This document shows, piece by piece, positions 1 to 10,099 of a stretch of 64,000 bases of DNA; position 1 is the first letter of the stretch; each line of letters begins with the position of its first letter. The DNA comes from Parcubacteria bacterium C7867-001. Its GTDB lineage: Bacteria > Patescibacteriota > Minisyncoccia > Phycocordibacterales > Phycocordibacteraceae. Made by a program: the position numbers and the translations under genes. The stretch lies in the NCBI GenBank assembly GCA_001189095.1, contig LFCK01000002.1, positions 131,650 to 195,649 of the forward strand, given 5' to 3'. Under the pieces are notes generated by a model. The model did not search any database. It worked only from the letters and a program-made list of their open reading frames with translations, and had not been told where the DNA came from.

Positions 1-39
1 ACCAGCGTCGAAGAGGTACTTCGCGCCGTTTCTGAATAA
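1..39 (+). CDS. 3' end of a truncated upstream gene (translation ...TSVEEVLRAVSE, stop TAA 37-39)
   Basis: Open frame runs off the window start; identity unknown. Confidence 0.2.
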   Translation, partial: TSVEEVLRAVSE

Positions 40-110
40 TTCCTACCGCATCCAGTGCGAACTGTGCTATAACGCGCCGAGACAGTTTCTAGAGAAAGGG
101 GAGTGTTTCC

Positions 111-197
111 ATGGAAGATTTATATTGGTGGGCTGGGATCATCGGCGGCAGCCTGCTGTTGTTCTGGCTCACCCACCGGAACATCAAACCCAAGTAA
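111..197 (+). CDS. 28-aa hydrophobic peptide (MEDLYWWAGIIGGSLLLFWLTHRNIKPK)
   Basis: SD GAAAGGGGAG 6-8 nt upstream of ATG; single predicted TM helix; hairpin terminator immediately downstream. Confidence 0.3.
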   Translation: MEDLYWWAGIIGGSLLLFWLTHRNIKPK

Positions 198-202
198 CAT
201 CG

Positions 203-232
203 AAGCGCGCGGCTCTGCCGCGCGCTTTTTGT
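203..232 (+). terminator. intrinsic terminator hairpin (AAGCGCGCGGC-loop-GCCGCGCGCTTTTT)
   Basis: GC stem followed by T-run. Confidence 0.5.
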
Positions 233-260
233 ATAAAACTACATGCTACGATATTCGTAA

Positions 261-1478
261 ATGAAATTCCGCGTCACGGTACGAAAAGAAGACGGAGTCG
301 AAGAGAAACGTAGTATCGAAGCAGCAAGTCGCTTCGAGGTGTATTCGAATGCAGAAAAGGAGGGCGTCACCGTCGTGCAGGTGGAAGAGGGGAGTGGCGG
401 GTTCACGCTTCCGAAGTGGGCGAACATCAAACTCTCGAGCGGCATCAATCAAGAGCAGAAAATAACGTTTACGAAGAATCTTTCGGCCATGCTCAAGGCG
501 GGCCTCACGCTTTCGCGCGCACTTTCGGTCATCGAGCGCCAGTCAGCCAATAAGTTTCTCAAGGAGGTCGTGGTCGACCTCGAGTCAGAAGTGAAGAAAG
601 GAACCGCGTTCAACGAGGCGCTCGCAAAGCACAGCAGCATTTTCTCGAAGCTTTTCATTGCGATGACGAGAGCGGGCGAGGAATCAGGAACGCTTGCGGA
701 CGCGCTCGGTGTTGTCGCTCGCCAGATGGATCGCTCCTATACGCTTCAGAAGAAAATCAAAGGCGCGATGATCTACCCGACCATTATTATGGTAGCGGTC
801 ATCGTAATCGGCGTGCTGATGCTTATCTACGTGGTCCCGACCCTTTCAGCGACCTTCGTCTCGTTGCGTGTTGAGCTCCCGTCGTCGACAAAGGCGGTTA
901 TCGCAGCTTCAGACTTCATGGCGAGCCACGTCATCCTCACATTCGGTATTCTTGGCGCTTTCCTCGCGGGGATGTTCTTCCTTCTGCGCTCAAAGCCAGG
1001 AAGCGCAGCGCTTCTCTATGTTTCGCTCCACGTTCCGGTTATTGGCGATCTTGTTCGTGAGACCATGAGTGCACGCGCTGCTCGCGCGCTTTCCTCCCTC
1101 CTTTCCTCTGGTGTTGAAATGCTCTCCGCAATCGCTATCGCAGAAGAGGTGGTTGGCGACAATATATTCGGAAAAGTCGTCCATGAAGCACAGGACAAAG
1201 TGCGCAAAGGCGAAGCGCTCTCCACCGTCTTTGCTGCGCACCCGAAACTTTATCCGGTGCTTGTGGGAGACATGATCGCCGTTGGGGAAGAGACGGGCAA
1301 CGTTTCCTCAATGCTCGGACAAGTCGCTGAATATTACGAAACCGATGTCGAAGACCGCACGAAGGATCTCTCCACCATCATCGAGCCGCTTTTGATGCTC
1401 TTCATCGGTTCGGTTGTCGGTCTCTTTGCTATTTCGATGATCTCTCCTATTTACTCCCTTTCCTCGAGCATCAACTAG
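261..1478 (+). CDS. pilC: type IV pilus assembly / type II secretion platform protein PilC (GspF family)
   Basis: 405 aa with two GspF-like repeats and three TM segments; typical PilC/GspF sequence features. Confidence 0.9.
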   Translation: MKFRVTVRKEDGVEEKRSIEAASRFEVYSNAEKEGVTVVQVEEGSGGFTLPKWANIKLSSGINQEQKITFTKNLSAMLKAGLTLSRALSVIERQSANKFLKEVVVDLESEVKKGTAFNEALAKHSSIFSKLFIAMTRAGEESGTLADALGVVARQMDRSYTLQKKIKGAMIYPTIIMVAVIVIGVLMLIYVVPTLSATFVSLRVELPSSTKAVIAASDFMASHVILTFGILGAFLAGMFFLLRSKPGSAALLYVSLHVPVIGDLVRETMSARAARALSSLLSSGVEMLSAIAIAEEVVGDNIFGKVVHEAQDKVRKGEALSTVFAAHPKLYPVLVGDMIAVGEETGNVSSMLGQVAEYYETDVEDRTKDLSTIIEPLLMLFIGSVVGLFAISMISPIYSLSSSIN

Positions 1479-1635
1479 AAATCGCGGTCTGCTTCGTTGT
1501 GGAGCCACCCGATTTCTTCCGTCGTATTCAGAATACGCCTACAGAAATCTCAGCTCCACGCCTCGCATCTCATCGATTTCTAGTTGATGCGATTGGGCCG
1601 TACAGGCTGATTCGACAAACGTACAATGCGTTATC

Positions 1636-3105
1636 ATGGAAGCAATGCGTACTATGCGCGGTATGTCCTTTATTGACGCGATCGTCGGTTCGGCGCTCGT
1701 GCTTATCGTGTTCATGACGCTCTTCGGACTCATACGCGCGAGCATTCTCATCACGGGCACCGCAAAAGCAAAGGCGGGTGCGGCTGCGGTCGCAAACGCG
1801 CAGATGGAATACATCCGTTCACTCGACTACGACTCAATCGGCACTGTCGGCGGCATCCCGTCGGGTCTCATCGCACAAAACTCCACGACAACTTTGAACG
1901 GTATTTCATACGGTGTGCGCACCTTCATCCAGTACGAGGACGACCCAGCTGACGGAAGCGGCGGCTCGGACTCAAACGGCATCACTACTGACTATAAGGA
2001 TATAAAGGTAACGGTGTATTACTCCGTCCAGAACACAACGCGCACAGAAAATCTCGTGAGCGTCGTCGCTCCGAAAAGCATCGAGACCACCACCAATGGT
2101 GGAACGCTCGCAATAAACGTCGTGGATGCGAGCGGTGCGGCAGTGCCGGGCGCGGCCGTGCGTATTACGAACTCAAGCATCTCGCCTACGGTCGACCTCA
2201 CCACCTACGCGGACTCAAGCGGGGTAGTGTACTTGGGTGGTGCGGCAACCTCGACTGAGTATCAAATTTCTGTAACATCGAATGGTTATTCGACCGCTCA
2301 GACATACGCACGCGATGCGACGAATCAGAACCCAACGCCGGGGTATCTCACGGTCGTGAAGAACGTAACGACCACAAGCACCTTCGCTATCGACCGGCTC
2401 GCAACACTCACTATTCGCACCTTCGCTCCCGCGGCGTCTGCTTCTTTCACCGACACGTTCGCAAACTCTTCGAAACTCACTACACTTTCAAGTACGACAG
2501 CTTCGGGCGGCGTGCTCACCCTCACCGGCTCAATCGGTTCGTATCCTTCTAGTGGTTATGCGCTCTCGACGACGACCTCTCCTGCAAGTCTCGAACGTTG
2601 GACCAGTGTTACCGCAACTATCAATACGCCAACCGGAACGGAGGTGCTTGTGCACGTGACAGATGCGGCAGGTGCACTCATTCCCGACGCTGCGCTCCCG
2701 GGGAATGCTGCCGGTTTTTCAACATTTCCGATTGATCTGACCGCTCTTGCAACAACGTCATACGCATCACTCAGACTTTCCGCGGACCTTTCGTCGAGTG
2801 ATCCTGATGCGGCGCCTGAGATTGATAGCTGGTCGCTTACGTATGATGCGGGTCCGCTTCCTATTCCGGATGTTTCCTTCACGCTTACCGGCGCAAAGAC
2901 GGTGGGCACGACCGGTGGAGGCGCCCCCATTTTTAAGACAACGGTCTCGACTACCACGGACTCGTCCGGCACGCGCACTATGTCGCTGGAATGGGATCTC
3001 TACAACATTACGCTTCCGAGCTACACCGTTGACTCCTCGAATCCCGCTGATCCCTATCAGCTTCTGCCGAACGATACGCTCGACGTTTCGCTCACCATCC
3101 ACTAA
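1636..3105 (+). CDS. large prepilin-like protein: pilin-like N-terminus (G-MSFIDAIVG...hydrophobic helix) plus a ~450-aa Thr/Ser-rich domain; start may be the 1657 Met
   Basis: N-terminal class-III-like signal/TM helix with acidic residue at +5 (D); T/S-rich low-complexity C-terminal region; adjacent to pilC. Confidence 0.6.
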   Translation: MEAMRTMRGMSFIDAIVGSALVLIVFMTLFGLIRASILITGTAKAKAGAAAVANAQMEYIRSLDYDSIGTVGGIPSGLIAQNSTTTLNGISYGVRTFIQYEDDPADGSGGSDSNGITTDYKDIKVTVYYSVQNTTRTENLVSVVAPKSIETTTNGGTLAINVVDASGAAVPGAAVRITNSSISPTVDLTTYADSSGVVYLGGAATSTEYQISVTSNGYSTAQTYARDATNQNPTPGYLTVVKNVTTTSTFAIDRLATLTIRTFAPAASASFTDTFANSSKLTTLSSTTASGGVLTLTGSIGSYPSSGYALSTTTSPASLERWTSVTATINTPTGTEVLVHVTDAAGALIPDAALPGNAAGFSTFPIDLTALATTSYASLRLSADLSSSDPDAAPEIDSWSLTYDAGPLPIPDVSFTLTGAKTVGTTGGGAPIFKTTVSTTTDSSGTRTMSLEWDLYNITLPSYTVDSSNPADPYQLLPNDTLDVSLTIH

Positions 3106-3107
3106 GT

Positions 3108-3698
3108 ATGAAAACCCTTCACGGATTCTCGCTCCCTGAAACGCTCGTTGTCGTCGCGCTTGTTGCAACGGCAGGTCTCGCGCTTAACGGAGCGCTCGCC
3201 TCGTTCTATCAAAAGAATGCCTATATTTTTGAATCCGCGTCCGCGGTCGATATTGCGCAGCGTGGTCTTTCAGAATCGGTGACTGCGTTGCGCGAAGCGT
3301 CGTATGGTGCTGATGGTTCGTATCCGGTTGAATCAATCGCGACGTCGAGCGTTACGTTTTATGCGGACGTCGATGGTAATGGGGCAGTTGAAAGAGTGAA
3401 GCTTCGTCTTCAATCGGGAACGCTCTATCGCGTCCGCACGGTCGCGGCAGGAAGCCCGCCTTCATATTCCGGACAAACACCATCGACCACGACCTTGGCG
3501 ACAAATGTGAGCAATGCGACCTCAACGCCGATATTCCGTTACTATGATGTTGATGGGAGCGAGATTACATCGACCACGAGTCCTCAGAATGTGCGCTCGG
3601 TTTCAGTGCGACTCGATATCGACCTCAACCCGCGCCGCGCGCCGACGATCTCGACCATGTCCGGAGCAGCAACCCTTAGAAACCTACGAGACCAATGA
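3108..3698 (+). CDS. prepilin-type pseudopilin (canonical G|FSLPE N-terminus)
   Basis: MKTLHG-FSLPETLVVVALVATAG matches the prepilin peptidase cleavage/methylation motif with E+5; 1-nt gap to upstream gene. Confidence 0.8.
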   Translation: MKTLHGFSLPETLVVVALVATAGLALNGALASFYQKNAYIFESASAVDIAQRGLSESVTALREASYGADGSYPVESIATSSVTFYADVDGNGAVERVKLRLQSGTLYRVRTVAAGSPPSYSGQTPSTTTLATNVSNATSTPIFRYYDVDGSEITSTTSPQNVRSVSVRLDIDLNPRRAPTISTMSGAATLRNLRDQ

Positions 3699-5149
3699 AC
3701 CGAACTTCTCCTAAACCGCTTCGCGGCTACCTCATGCTTATCGCCATCGTGTTCGGTGCGATTTTTCTTGGTGCCCTTGGCGCCCTCGTCTCCTTCGTTC
3801 TTACGGAGAATCGCGCACGCAACGCAAACGATGTGCAGGCACGCGCGTTCGCTATCGCAGAAGCAGGTCTTGAATACTATCGCTGGCACTTGGCCCACTA
3901 TCCAAGCGATCTTCAGAATGGGACGGGAGCAGCCGGACCGTATTCGATGACGTATAACGATCCCGAAGGGGGAGCGCTCGGCACCATCGAACTCACTATT
4001 GGCGGTAATACGTCCTGCAACCAGATAACGTCGGTCGACATCACGTCGAAGGGAACAACCGCCGGCTCTCCGGCGTACACCAAGACTATTTTCGCGCGCT
4101 ACGCGCGCCCGTCGGTCGCGGAGTACTCCTATATATTGAATGACTCCGTCTGGGCTGGTTCCGATCGTGTCATCTTGGGTCCCTATCACAGCAATGGCGG
4201 CATACGCATGGACGGTACCGCGAACTCACCGGTAACCAGCTCGCTCTCAACGTGGAGTTGCACGTCGTCCTTCGGTTGCTCGCCAACCCAGACGAAAAAT
4301 GGCGTTTGGGGTGCAGGAACGAATCAAAATCTTTGGAGCTACCCAACTCCACAGGTCGACTTCGCAGGTATCTCGGCCGATTTCGGTACGCTAAAAACAA
4401 CGGCACAAGCGAGCGGTGTGTACTATCCGCGCTATTCAACCGGAACGGCGACGACGAGCTCATCCTATTGGAACGGCTATCACCTCACTTTTAATACGAA
4501 TGGCACGGTTACGGTAAAGCGAGTTTCGGCAACAACACAGCTCCAAGTTTCACCGGTTAATTCCGCGGAATGGACGACCGACCGCGCGCTGCTTGCAACC
4601 GAGGCTGCCTACGAGACGAAAACTATTCCCTCTACCTGCGGACTCATCTTCGTCGAAGATAACGTCTGGATCGACGGCACGGTTCCGAGCAAAATAACGC
4701 TTGTTGCAGCGAACGTGGTTTCTGGCGGGACTATTAGACCGAACATTTATCTACGCGACAATCTCCAGTACTCGGTAACGACCGGCGCAGCGGGACTCAC
4801 TGCAATCGCAGCGAACGATGTGCTTATTGCACCGAATGCACCGACGAACATGACGCTCAATGGCGTGTTCATAGCGCAGAATGGTGCATTTGGTCGCAAC
4901 CTCTACCTCAACAGCTCTCGTTCGGATTGCCATTCGACCTACGAACCAAAAGGAACACTTACGATTCTCGGTACAACTGTTTCAAATAAGCGAACGGGCA
5001 CGAAGTGGATGAATGGCTGCGGGTCTGGAGACGATGCTGGATTCCAGAATCGTGTGGACTCCTATGACCGGAACCTTTCGACCAATCCGCCGCCATTCAC
5101 TCCGTCAGTCTCAACCGATTACGAATTCGTCGACTGGCGCGAGCAATAG
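3695..5149 (+). CDS. large PilX/PilY-like minor pilin or pilus tip protein (N-terminal hydrophobic anchor, 484 aa, T/S/G/N-rich)
   Basis: Overlaps the upstream pilin gene stop by 4 nt; N-terminal TM helix but no E+5; composition like secreted adhesins. Confidence 0.5.
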   Translation: MNRTSPKPLRGYLMLIAIVFGAIFLGALGALVSFVLTENRARNANDVQARAFAIAEAGLEYYRWHLAHYPSDLQNGTGAAGPYSMTYNDPEGGALGTIELTIGGNTSCNQITSVDITSKGTTAGSPAYTKTIFARYARPSVAEYSYILNDSVWAGSDRVILGPYHSNGGIRMDGTANSPVTSSLSTWSCTSSFGCSPTQTKNGVWGAGTNQNLWSYPTPQVDFAGISADFGTLKTTAQASGVYYPRYSTGTATTSSSYWNGYHLTFNTNGTVTVKRVSATTQLQVSPVNSAEWTTDRALLATEAAYETKTIPSTCGLIFVEDNVWIDGTVPSKITLVAANVVSGGTIRPNIYLRDNLQYSVTTGAAGLTAIAANDVLIAPNAPTNMTLNGVFIAQNGAFGRNLYLNSSRSDCHSTYEPKGTLTILGTTVSNKRTGTKWMNGCGSGDDAGFQNRVDSYDRNLSTNPPPFTPSVSTDYEFVDWREQ

Positions 5150-5150
5150 A

Positions 5151-5180
5151 AAAAGCCCCCGCGTATGCGGGGGCTTTGCT
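5151..5180. terminator. bidirectional intrinsic terminator (AGCCCCCGCGTATGCGGGGGCT)
   Basis: Perfect GC hairpin flanked by an A-run on one side and a T-rich tract on the other, between convergent genes. Confidence 0.6.
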
Positions 5181-5182
5181 CA

Positions 5183-5536
5183 CTACGCCAAACGCTTGAT
5201 GCGCGTCGGGTCGCCGAAGCGATACTCGAGCGCGATGCGTACGTCATGCCCCCACTCGCGACGCATAGAGGGATCACGCGCAAGTGTTGCGGCGACCTCC
5301 ATCGCCCGTTCAGGTCGCCTGAACCACTTCGCCGAAAGTCTATGCTCTCGGTAGAGAAGTTCGTCCGGAATGTGAATTATCCGCTGGTCGTGGGGTCGGA
5401 CGATAATGGCGCAGGGCGCCAAGGCCTTGCCTTCAAACGACAGACCCTGCATTCGTTTGTGCACAGGGATGACGAACAGGTCGGTGACGCATTCCTTAGG
5501 GTACGTGATGAGGAAAAGAGCTCGGGATTGAGCCAT
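5183..5536 (-). CDS. hypothetical protein (117 aa)
   Basis: Strong SD AAGGAG 7 nt upstream of ATG; no recognisable family. Confidence 0.5.
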   Translation of the reverse strand: MAQSRALFLITYPKECVTDLFVIPVHKRMQGLSFEGKALAPCAIIVRPHDQRIIHIPDELLYREHRLSAKWFRRPERAMEVAATLARDPSMRREWGHDVRIALEYRFGDPTRIKRLA

Positions 5537-5621
5537 GGACTGCTCCTTGGTCAGACTCGTACTAGAAAACTAAACATGGGGCCATCCGTCAAGCGTCAGA
5601 GGAAACTGCTATCATGGGGGA

Positions 5622-6362
5622 ATGCTCATCATCGGAAATTGGAAGGCGTACGTTGACTCCAAGGAGGATGCAAAAAAGCTCGCTGCTGCGAGTAAACGCG
5701 CTGCGAGCGGTAGAAAGCATAAGATTGTCGTTGCTCCGCCGTATCCCTATCTCGGCATGCTCAAACCCGAGCGTCCGAGCTTCCTTCTTGCGGCCCAAGA
5801 CGTCTCGCCGACGACTGCGGGCGCTGCCACGGGCGAAGTATCCGCTGCTACACTTCGCGATCTCGGTGCGTCTTATGTCATCGTGGGTCACTCCGAACGC
5901 CGTGCCATGGGAGAGACCGATGCGGTCATTCTCACCAAGGTGCAACGAGCGCTTGCGAACGGGCTCACGCCGATTCTTTGCATTGGGGAACGTGCTCGTG
6001 ACCATGAAGCCAAATACCTTGCCTTCCTTCGTTCGCAGATAGATGCAGTGTTCTCGAAGTTGCTTCCGAAAGAGCGTACGAACGTCGTTATCGCCTACGA
6101 ACCAATTTGGGCCATCGGAAAGAGCGCACTCGATGCGATAGCGCCGAACGACCTCACCGAAATGGTGCTCTATATTCGCAAAGTACTCGGTGCGTATCTT
6201 CCCGGCAAAACAGCGCTCAAGACCCCGATTCTCTACGGAGGTTCAGCTGAGCCCGATAATGCGCGCCAGCTCGCGAGCGGTACGGGTATTGATGGATTCC
6301 TCGTTGGCCATGCGAGTGCCGATTCAAAGACGTTCGCAGCGCTCGTTAAGGTCCTTTCCTAG
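5622..6362 (+). CDS. tpiA: triosephosphate isomerase
   Basis: IIGNWK, GHSERR, AYEPIWAIG and YGGS motifs. Confidence 0.92.
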   Translation: MLIIGNWKAYVDSKEDAKKLAAASKRAASGRKHKIVVAPPYPYLGMLKPERPSFLLAAQDVSPTTAGAATGEVSAATLRDLGASYVIVGHSERRAMGETDAVILTKVQRALANGLTPILCIGERARDHEAKYLAFLRSQIDAVFSKLLPKERTNVVIAYEPIWAIGKSALDAIAPNDLTEMVLYIRKVLGAYLPGKTALKTPILYGGSAEPDNARQLASGTGIDGFLVGHASADSKTFAALVKVLS

Positions 6363-6449
6363 TTCACTTTTGCTTCATCCCCGCACCGGTATAGTTTGTT
6401 TCTTGTGCCGCGAGAATGATTCCGTAGGCACAGACCAAGGAGGTGGGTA

Positions 6450-6683
6450 ATGGCTGATGGATCGAAGGTTCAGTTCGAGAATGGTGTTTCGGGACTCGTT
6501 CCGCGACACTTTCCGGCTCCAGACGAATTGGTGTATCTCAATACACCGGGCGCCTGCCGAGAGGAACATATCGACGGAACATTCAGTGTATTCCGTGATC
6601 CAGACGACCGCTCAAAAATCGTCGGATTCCGGATACGCGGATTTACTGCGATCGTGATTCGTGAATTGAATCATCCGGTGTAA
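6450..6683 (+). CDS. hypothetical small protein (77 aa)
   Basis: SD AAGGAGG 6 nt upstream of ATG. Confidence 0.5.
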   Translation: MADGSKVQFENGVSGLVPRHFPAPDELVYLNTPGACREEHIDGTFSVFRDPDDRSKIVGFRIRGFTAIVIRELNHPV

Positions 6684-6774
6684 AACCGTAGAGCCTCGAT
6701 TGAAGAAAACATACCACCACTTACAAGGCGCCCACGGCGCCTTCTTTTTACCCGCCATACGCTAGTATGTTTCT

Positions 6775-7908
6775 ATGCGAACCGTACGTGACATTCCGAT
6801 GCTCGAAAATATTCCGGTCCTTCTTCGCACATCGCTGAATGCGCCGGTCGAGAATGGCGTCGTGACCGAGTCATTCCGACTTACAGCAGCGCTGCCGACT
6901 ATTGAATATTTGCGAACGCGTCATGCAAAAGTCGTGCTCGTCAGTCATATCAGTGGAAGTGGGGCCGAGACACTTGAGCCAATGTACAAGGCAATGAAGG
7001 AATGGATTCCTAATCTTGCTTTCTGTCCTGTTTCAACGGGACCCGAGGCACGTGCCGCGGTACGCGCTCTTTCGGCGGGTGGCGTCGTGATGCTCGAAAA
7101 TTTGCGCCGAAATGCGGGAGAGGAAAAGAATGATCCTGCGTTTGCAGTTGAGCTCGCTGAGCTCGCTGATGTTTTTGTCGAGGATTCCTTCGATACGTGC
7201 CATCGCGTACACGCCTCCATCGTCGGTGTGCCGAAGCTACTTCCAAGCTACGCGGGCCTCACGGTCGAGCGGGAAATAGCAGAACTTGCCGCGGCTCTCT
7301 CACCAAAGCATCCCTCCCTCGCCATCATTGGCGGCGCAAAATTTTCCACTAAGGAGCCGGTACTCGCGCGTCTCCTTACTTCATACGACTCAGTATTTGT
7401 CGGCGGTGCACTTGCGAACGATTTTCTCAAAGTGAAAGGATATCCAGTTGGTGTTTCAAGCGTGTCAGGTGCGGATGATGCGCAAATCAAAAAGCTGCTT
7501 ACTAATCCAAAGGTGTTGTTGCCGCTCGACGTGGTCGTTGCTTCTCAGGGAGCTGAACAGAGTTCGTCACGAGTCGTGGAACTTTCAGAGGTGGGAGACA
7601 CCGAAGGCATATATGACATTGGTCCGAAAACAGGAGAAATGCTTGCCGAAAAAATACACAGCGCCCGTACCATCCTTTGGAACGGGCCGATGGGGTTATT
7701 CGAAAAAGGGTATCTCGATGGAACACGCGCGGTAGCGCGTGCAGTTGCGGAAAGTGACGCGACGTCGGTTGTCGGAGGAGGAGATACGGTTGCAGTCATC
7801 AGCGAACTGAAAGCAGAGAACCGTTTTTCATTCATCTCGACCGGCGGTGGTGCGATGCTCGATTTCCTTGTGAGCGGTTCGCTTCCGGGAATCGCTGTTC
7901 TTAACTAG
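6775..7908 (+). CDS. pgk: phosphoglycerate kinase
   Basis: N-terminal substrate-binding region, VGGGDT and STGGGA motifs. Confidence 0.92.
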   Translation: MRTVRDIPMLENIPVLLRTSLNAPVENGVVTESFRLTAALPTIEYLRTRHAKVVLVSHISGSGAETLEPMYKAMKEWIPNLAFCPVSTGPEARAAVRALSAGGVVMLENLRRNAGEEKNDPAFAVELAELADVFVEDSFDTCHRVHASIVGVPKLLPSYAGLTVEREIAELAAALSPKHPSLAIIGGAKFSTKEPVLARLLTSYDSVFVGGALANDFLKVKGYPVGVSSVSGADDAQIKKLLTNPKVLLPLDVVVASQGAEQSSSRVVELSEVGDTEGIYDIGPKTGEMLAEKIHSARTILWNGPMGLFEKGYLDGTRAVARAVAESDATSVVGGGDTVAVISELKAENRFSFISTGGGAMLDFLVSGSLPGIAVLN

Positions 7909-8315
7909 TGTTGCAACAGTGCGCGGAGTTTTTCTGCGAGCTGCGTGCGTTCTTCTTTCGTGCTCGGAAGCTTTTCTGGAAAGTTCTTTTCTTGTCCTTC
8001 GTGGAAGGGGATTAGATGCAGGTGGAGATGAAAGACAACCTGTCCGGCTGACGGCTCATTATTCATACGTATCTGCATACCAGTTGCGCCAACTGAGTCG
8101 CGTACGACAGGCGCTATTTTGCGTGCGGTTTCCGCGACCTTACTCCAACTCTCCATGTCTATGTCAAAAATGTTGCGGGATTTCTTTTTCGGAATGACGA
8201 GCGTATGGCCGGGAACGTCCGGCATGATATCGAGGAAGGCGACCGTGTCCTCATCTTCATAAATGATGTCCGCAGGGACTTCATGTCGCGCTATTTTTTC
8301 GAAAATGTCATCCAT
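7905..8315 (-). CDS. HIT-family (histidine triad) nucleotide hydrolase; start taken at MDDIFEKI, not the first Met of the ORF
   Basis: HLHLHLIP histidine-triad motif and conserved N-terminal DxIFxKI...PGH; 3' end overlaps pgk by 4 nt (convergent). Confidence 0.8.
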   Translation of the reverse strand: MDDIFEKIARHEVPADIIYEDEDTVAFLDIMPDVPGHTLVIPKKKSRNIFDIDMESWSKVAETARKIAPVVRDSVGATGMQIRMNNEPSAGQVVFHLHLHLIPFHEGQEKNFPEKLPSTKEERTQLAEKLRALLQH

Positions 8316-8362
8316 GAAGGACAGGATACCGCACACAGCAGCTTTGCTACAATGTCCGGACA

Positions 8363-10081
8363 ATGGTCGCACTCCACAAACCCATAGATGCAGATGTGCG
8401 GGAAAGATTGAGCGGATACGACGACCTCACGGCTTCTTTGCTTGTGCGGCGTGGCGTGGAAACGGCGGCAGACGCCGCTGCGTTCCTCAGTCCTTCCTAT
8501 GATGAGCATATCCATGATCCGATGCTTATAAAAAATATGCCGAAAGCCGCTGCGCGCCTCGCTGCGGCCATAACGAGTGGAGAGCGTATTGGCGTCTGGA
8601 GTGACTACGATTGCGACGGTATCCCCGGCGGCGTGGTACTACACGATTTTCTCAAGAAAGCGGGCGCGAACTTTACGAATTACATTCCACATCGCCACGA
8701 AGAGGGTTACGGGGTGAATGAAATGGGAATCGATAAACTTGCGAAGGATGGCGTAAAACTTTTAATCACCGTCGATTCCGGCATCGTCGATAACGACGCA
8801 GTCGCGCACGCTAACGCGCTCGGCATGGAAGTTATCATTACTGACCATCACTTACCGAGCGAGGAATTGCCGCCAGCGTTTGCTGTCATCGATCCGAAGC
8901 AGGAAGGGGAAACCGCTCCGTTCCGCGACTACTGCGGTGCTGGGCTCGCGTGGAAACTAGTTTGCGCGACACTCGCACATGGATTCAAAGGGCGCGAAGC
9001 GATTCCGGAAGGGTGGGAGAAGTGGTTACTTGATATGGCAGGACTCGCAACCATCGCGGACATGGTTCCGCTCACCGGAGAGAATCGTGTCATCGCGAAA
9101 TACGGACTCCTTGTGATGCGGAAGTCGCCGCGCATTGGTCTACAAAAACTTCTGAAAATTGCACGAGTGAATCAGCGTTTCGTTTCGGAAGACGACGTTG
9201 GTTTCATGGTGGCTCCTCGCGTGAATGCCGCAAGTCGCATGGGAGATCCGCGCGACGCCTTCACTCTCCTTACAACGAGCGACGAGTCGGAGGCAGATCG
9301 GCTCGCAAAAGATTTGGAGAAGGCGAATCGCGGCAGGCGAAGCGCCGCCGCGGCCATCACGCGCGCGGTGCATGAACGACTCCACAAGCGTGAAAGCATT
9401 CCAAGCGTGATTGCGCTCGGTGACCCCGACTGGCGTCCGGGACTATTGGGGCTTGTTGCAAACGGTATCGCAGAAGAATACGAACGTCCGGTTTTTCTCT
9501 GGGGCCGCGAAGCGACAATGAAAGTGAAGGGTTCATGCCGCTCAGGAGGTGGCGCGCATGTTGTGGAGCTCATGCAGGCAGCTGGCGACACGTTTCTGGA
9601 ATTTGGCGGACACGCAAAAAGCGGTGGCTTCTCGCTCGCTGAAGACGCTGTCTTCTCCTTCGAAGAGAATTTGTGTAGAGCGTATGAAACCCTCTCGTTC
9701 GCCGATGACGGAAACAGGTTTGCTTTGGCCGACCAAGAACTCACTCCGGAAGAAGCAACGCCCGAACTTCTGCAGAAAGTAAATCGCCTTGCTCCCTATG
9801 GGATGGGTAATGAGAAGCCCGTGTTTCTCTTTCGCAATGTGAGTCTCGTGAAAGTTGAATGGTTCGGCAAGGCGAATGAGCATCTGAAACTAAAAATCGC
9901 ACGAGGTCTATCATTCGATAATGGGCCGATTGACGCTATCGCGTTCTACGCGAAGCGCGAACTCGGCAAGGTCTGCGAAACGATTGCAGACCGCTCGAGC
10001 GCAACGGTTCTTGGCTCACTTGAGCGCGATCAGTTTTCTCGGGGTGCGCCCATACGTCTCAGGATCGTTTCTATTTCTTAG
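8363..10081 (+). CDS. recJ: single-stranded-DNA-specific exonuclease RecJ
   Basis: DHH motifs (DYDCDGI, ITDHH), DHHA1 region and C-terminal OB-fold region. Confidence 0.9.
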   Translation: MVALHKPIDADVRERLSGYDDLTASLLVRRGVETAADAAAFLSPSYDEHIHDPMLIKNMPKAAARLAAAITSGERIGVWSDYDCDGIPGGVVLHDFLKKAGANFTNYIPHRHEEGYGVNEMGIDKLAKDGVKLLITVDSGIVDNDAVAHANALGMEVIITDHHLPSEELPPAFAVIDPKQEGETAPFRDYCGAGLAWKLVCATLAHGFKGREAIPEGWEKWLLDMAGLATIADMVPLTGENRVIAKYGLLVMRKSPRIGLQKLLKIARVNQRFVSEDDVGFMVAPRVNAASRMGDPRDAFTLLTTSDESEADRLAKDLEKANRGRRSAAAAITRAVHERLHKRESIPSVIALGDPDWRPGLLGLVANGIAEEYERPVFLWGREATMKVKGSCRSGGGAHVVELMQAAGDTFLEFGGHAKSGGFSLAEDAVFSFEENLCRAYETLSFADDGNRFALADQELTPEEATPELLQKVNRLAPYGMGNEKPVFLFRNVSLVKVEWFGKANEHLKLKIARGLSFDNGPIDAIAFYAKRELGKVCETIADRSSATVLGSLERDQFSRGAPIRLRIVSIS

Positions 10082-10099
10082 ATTCGTTATACTTCTCGT

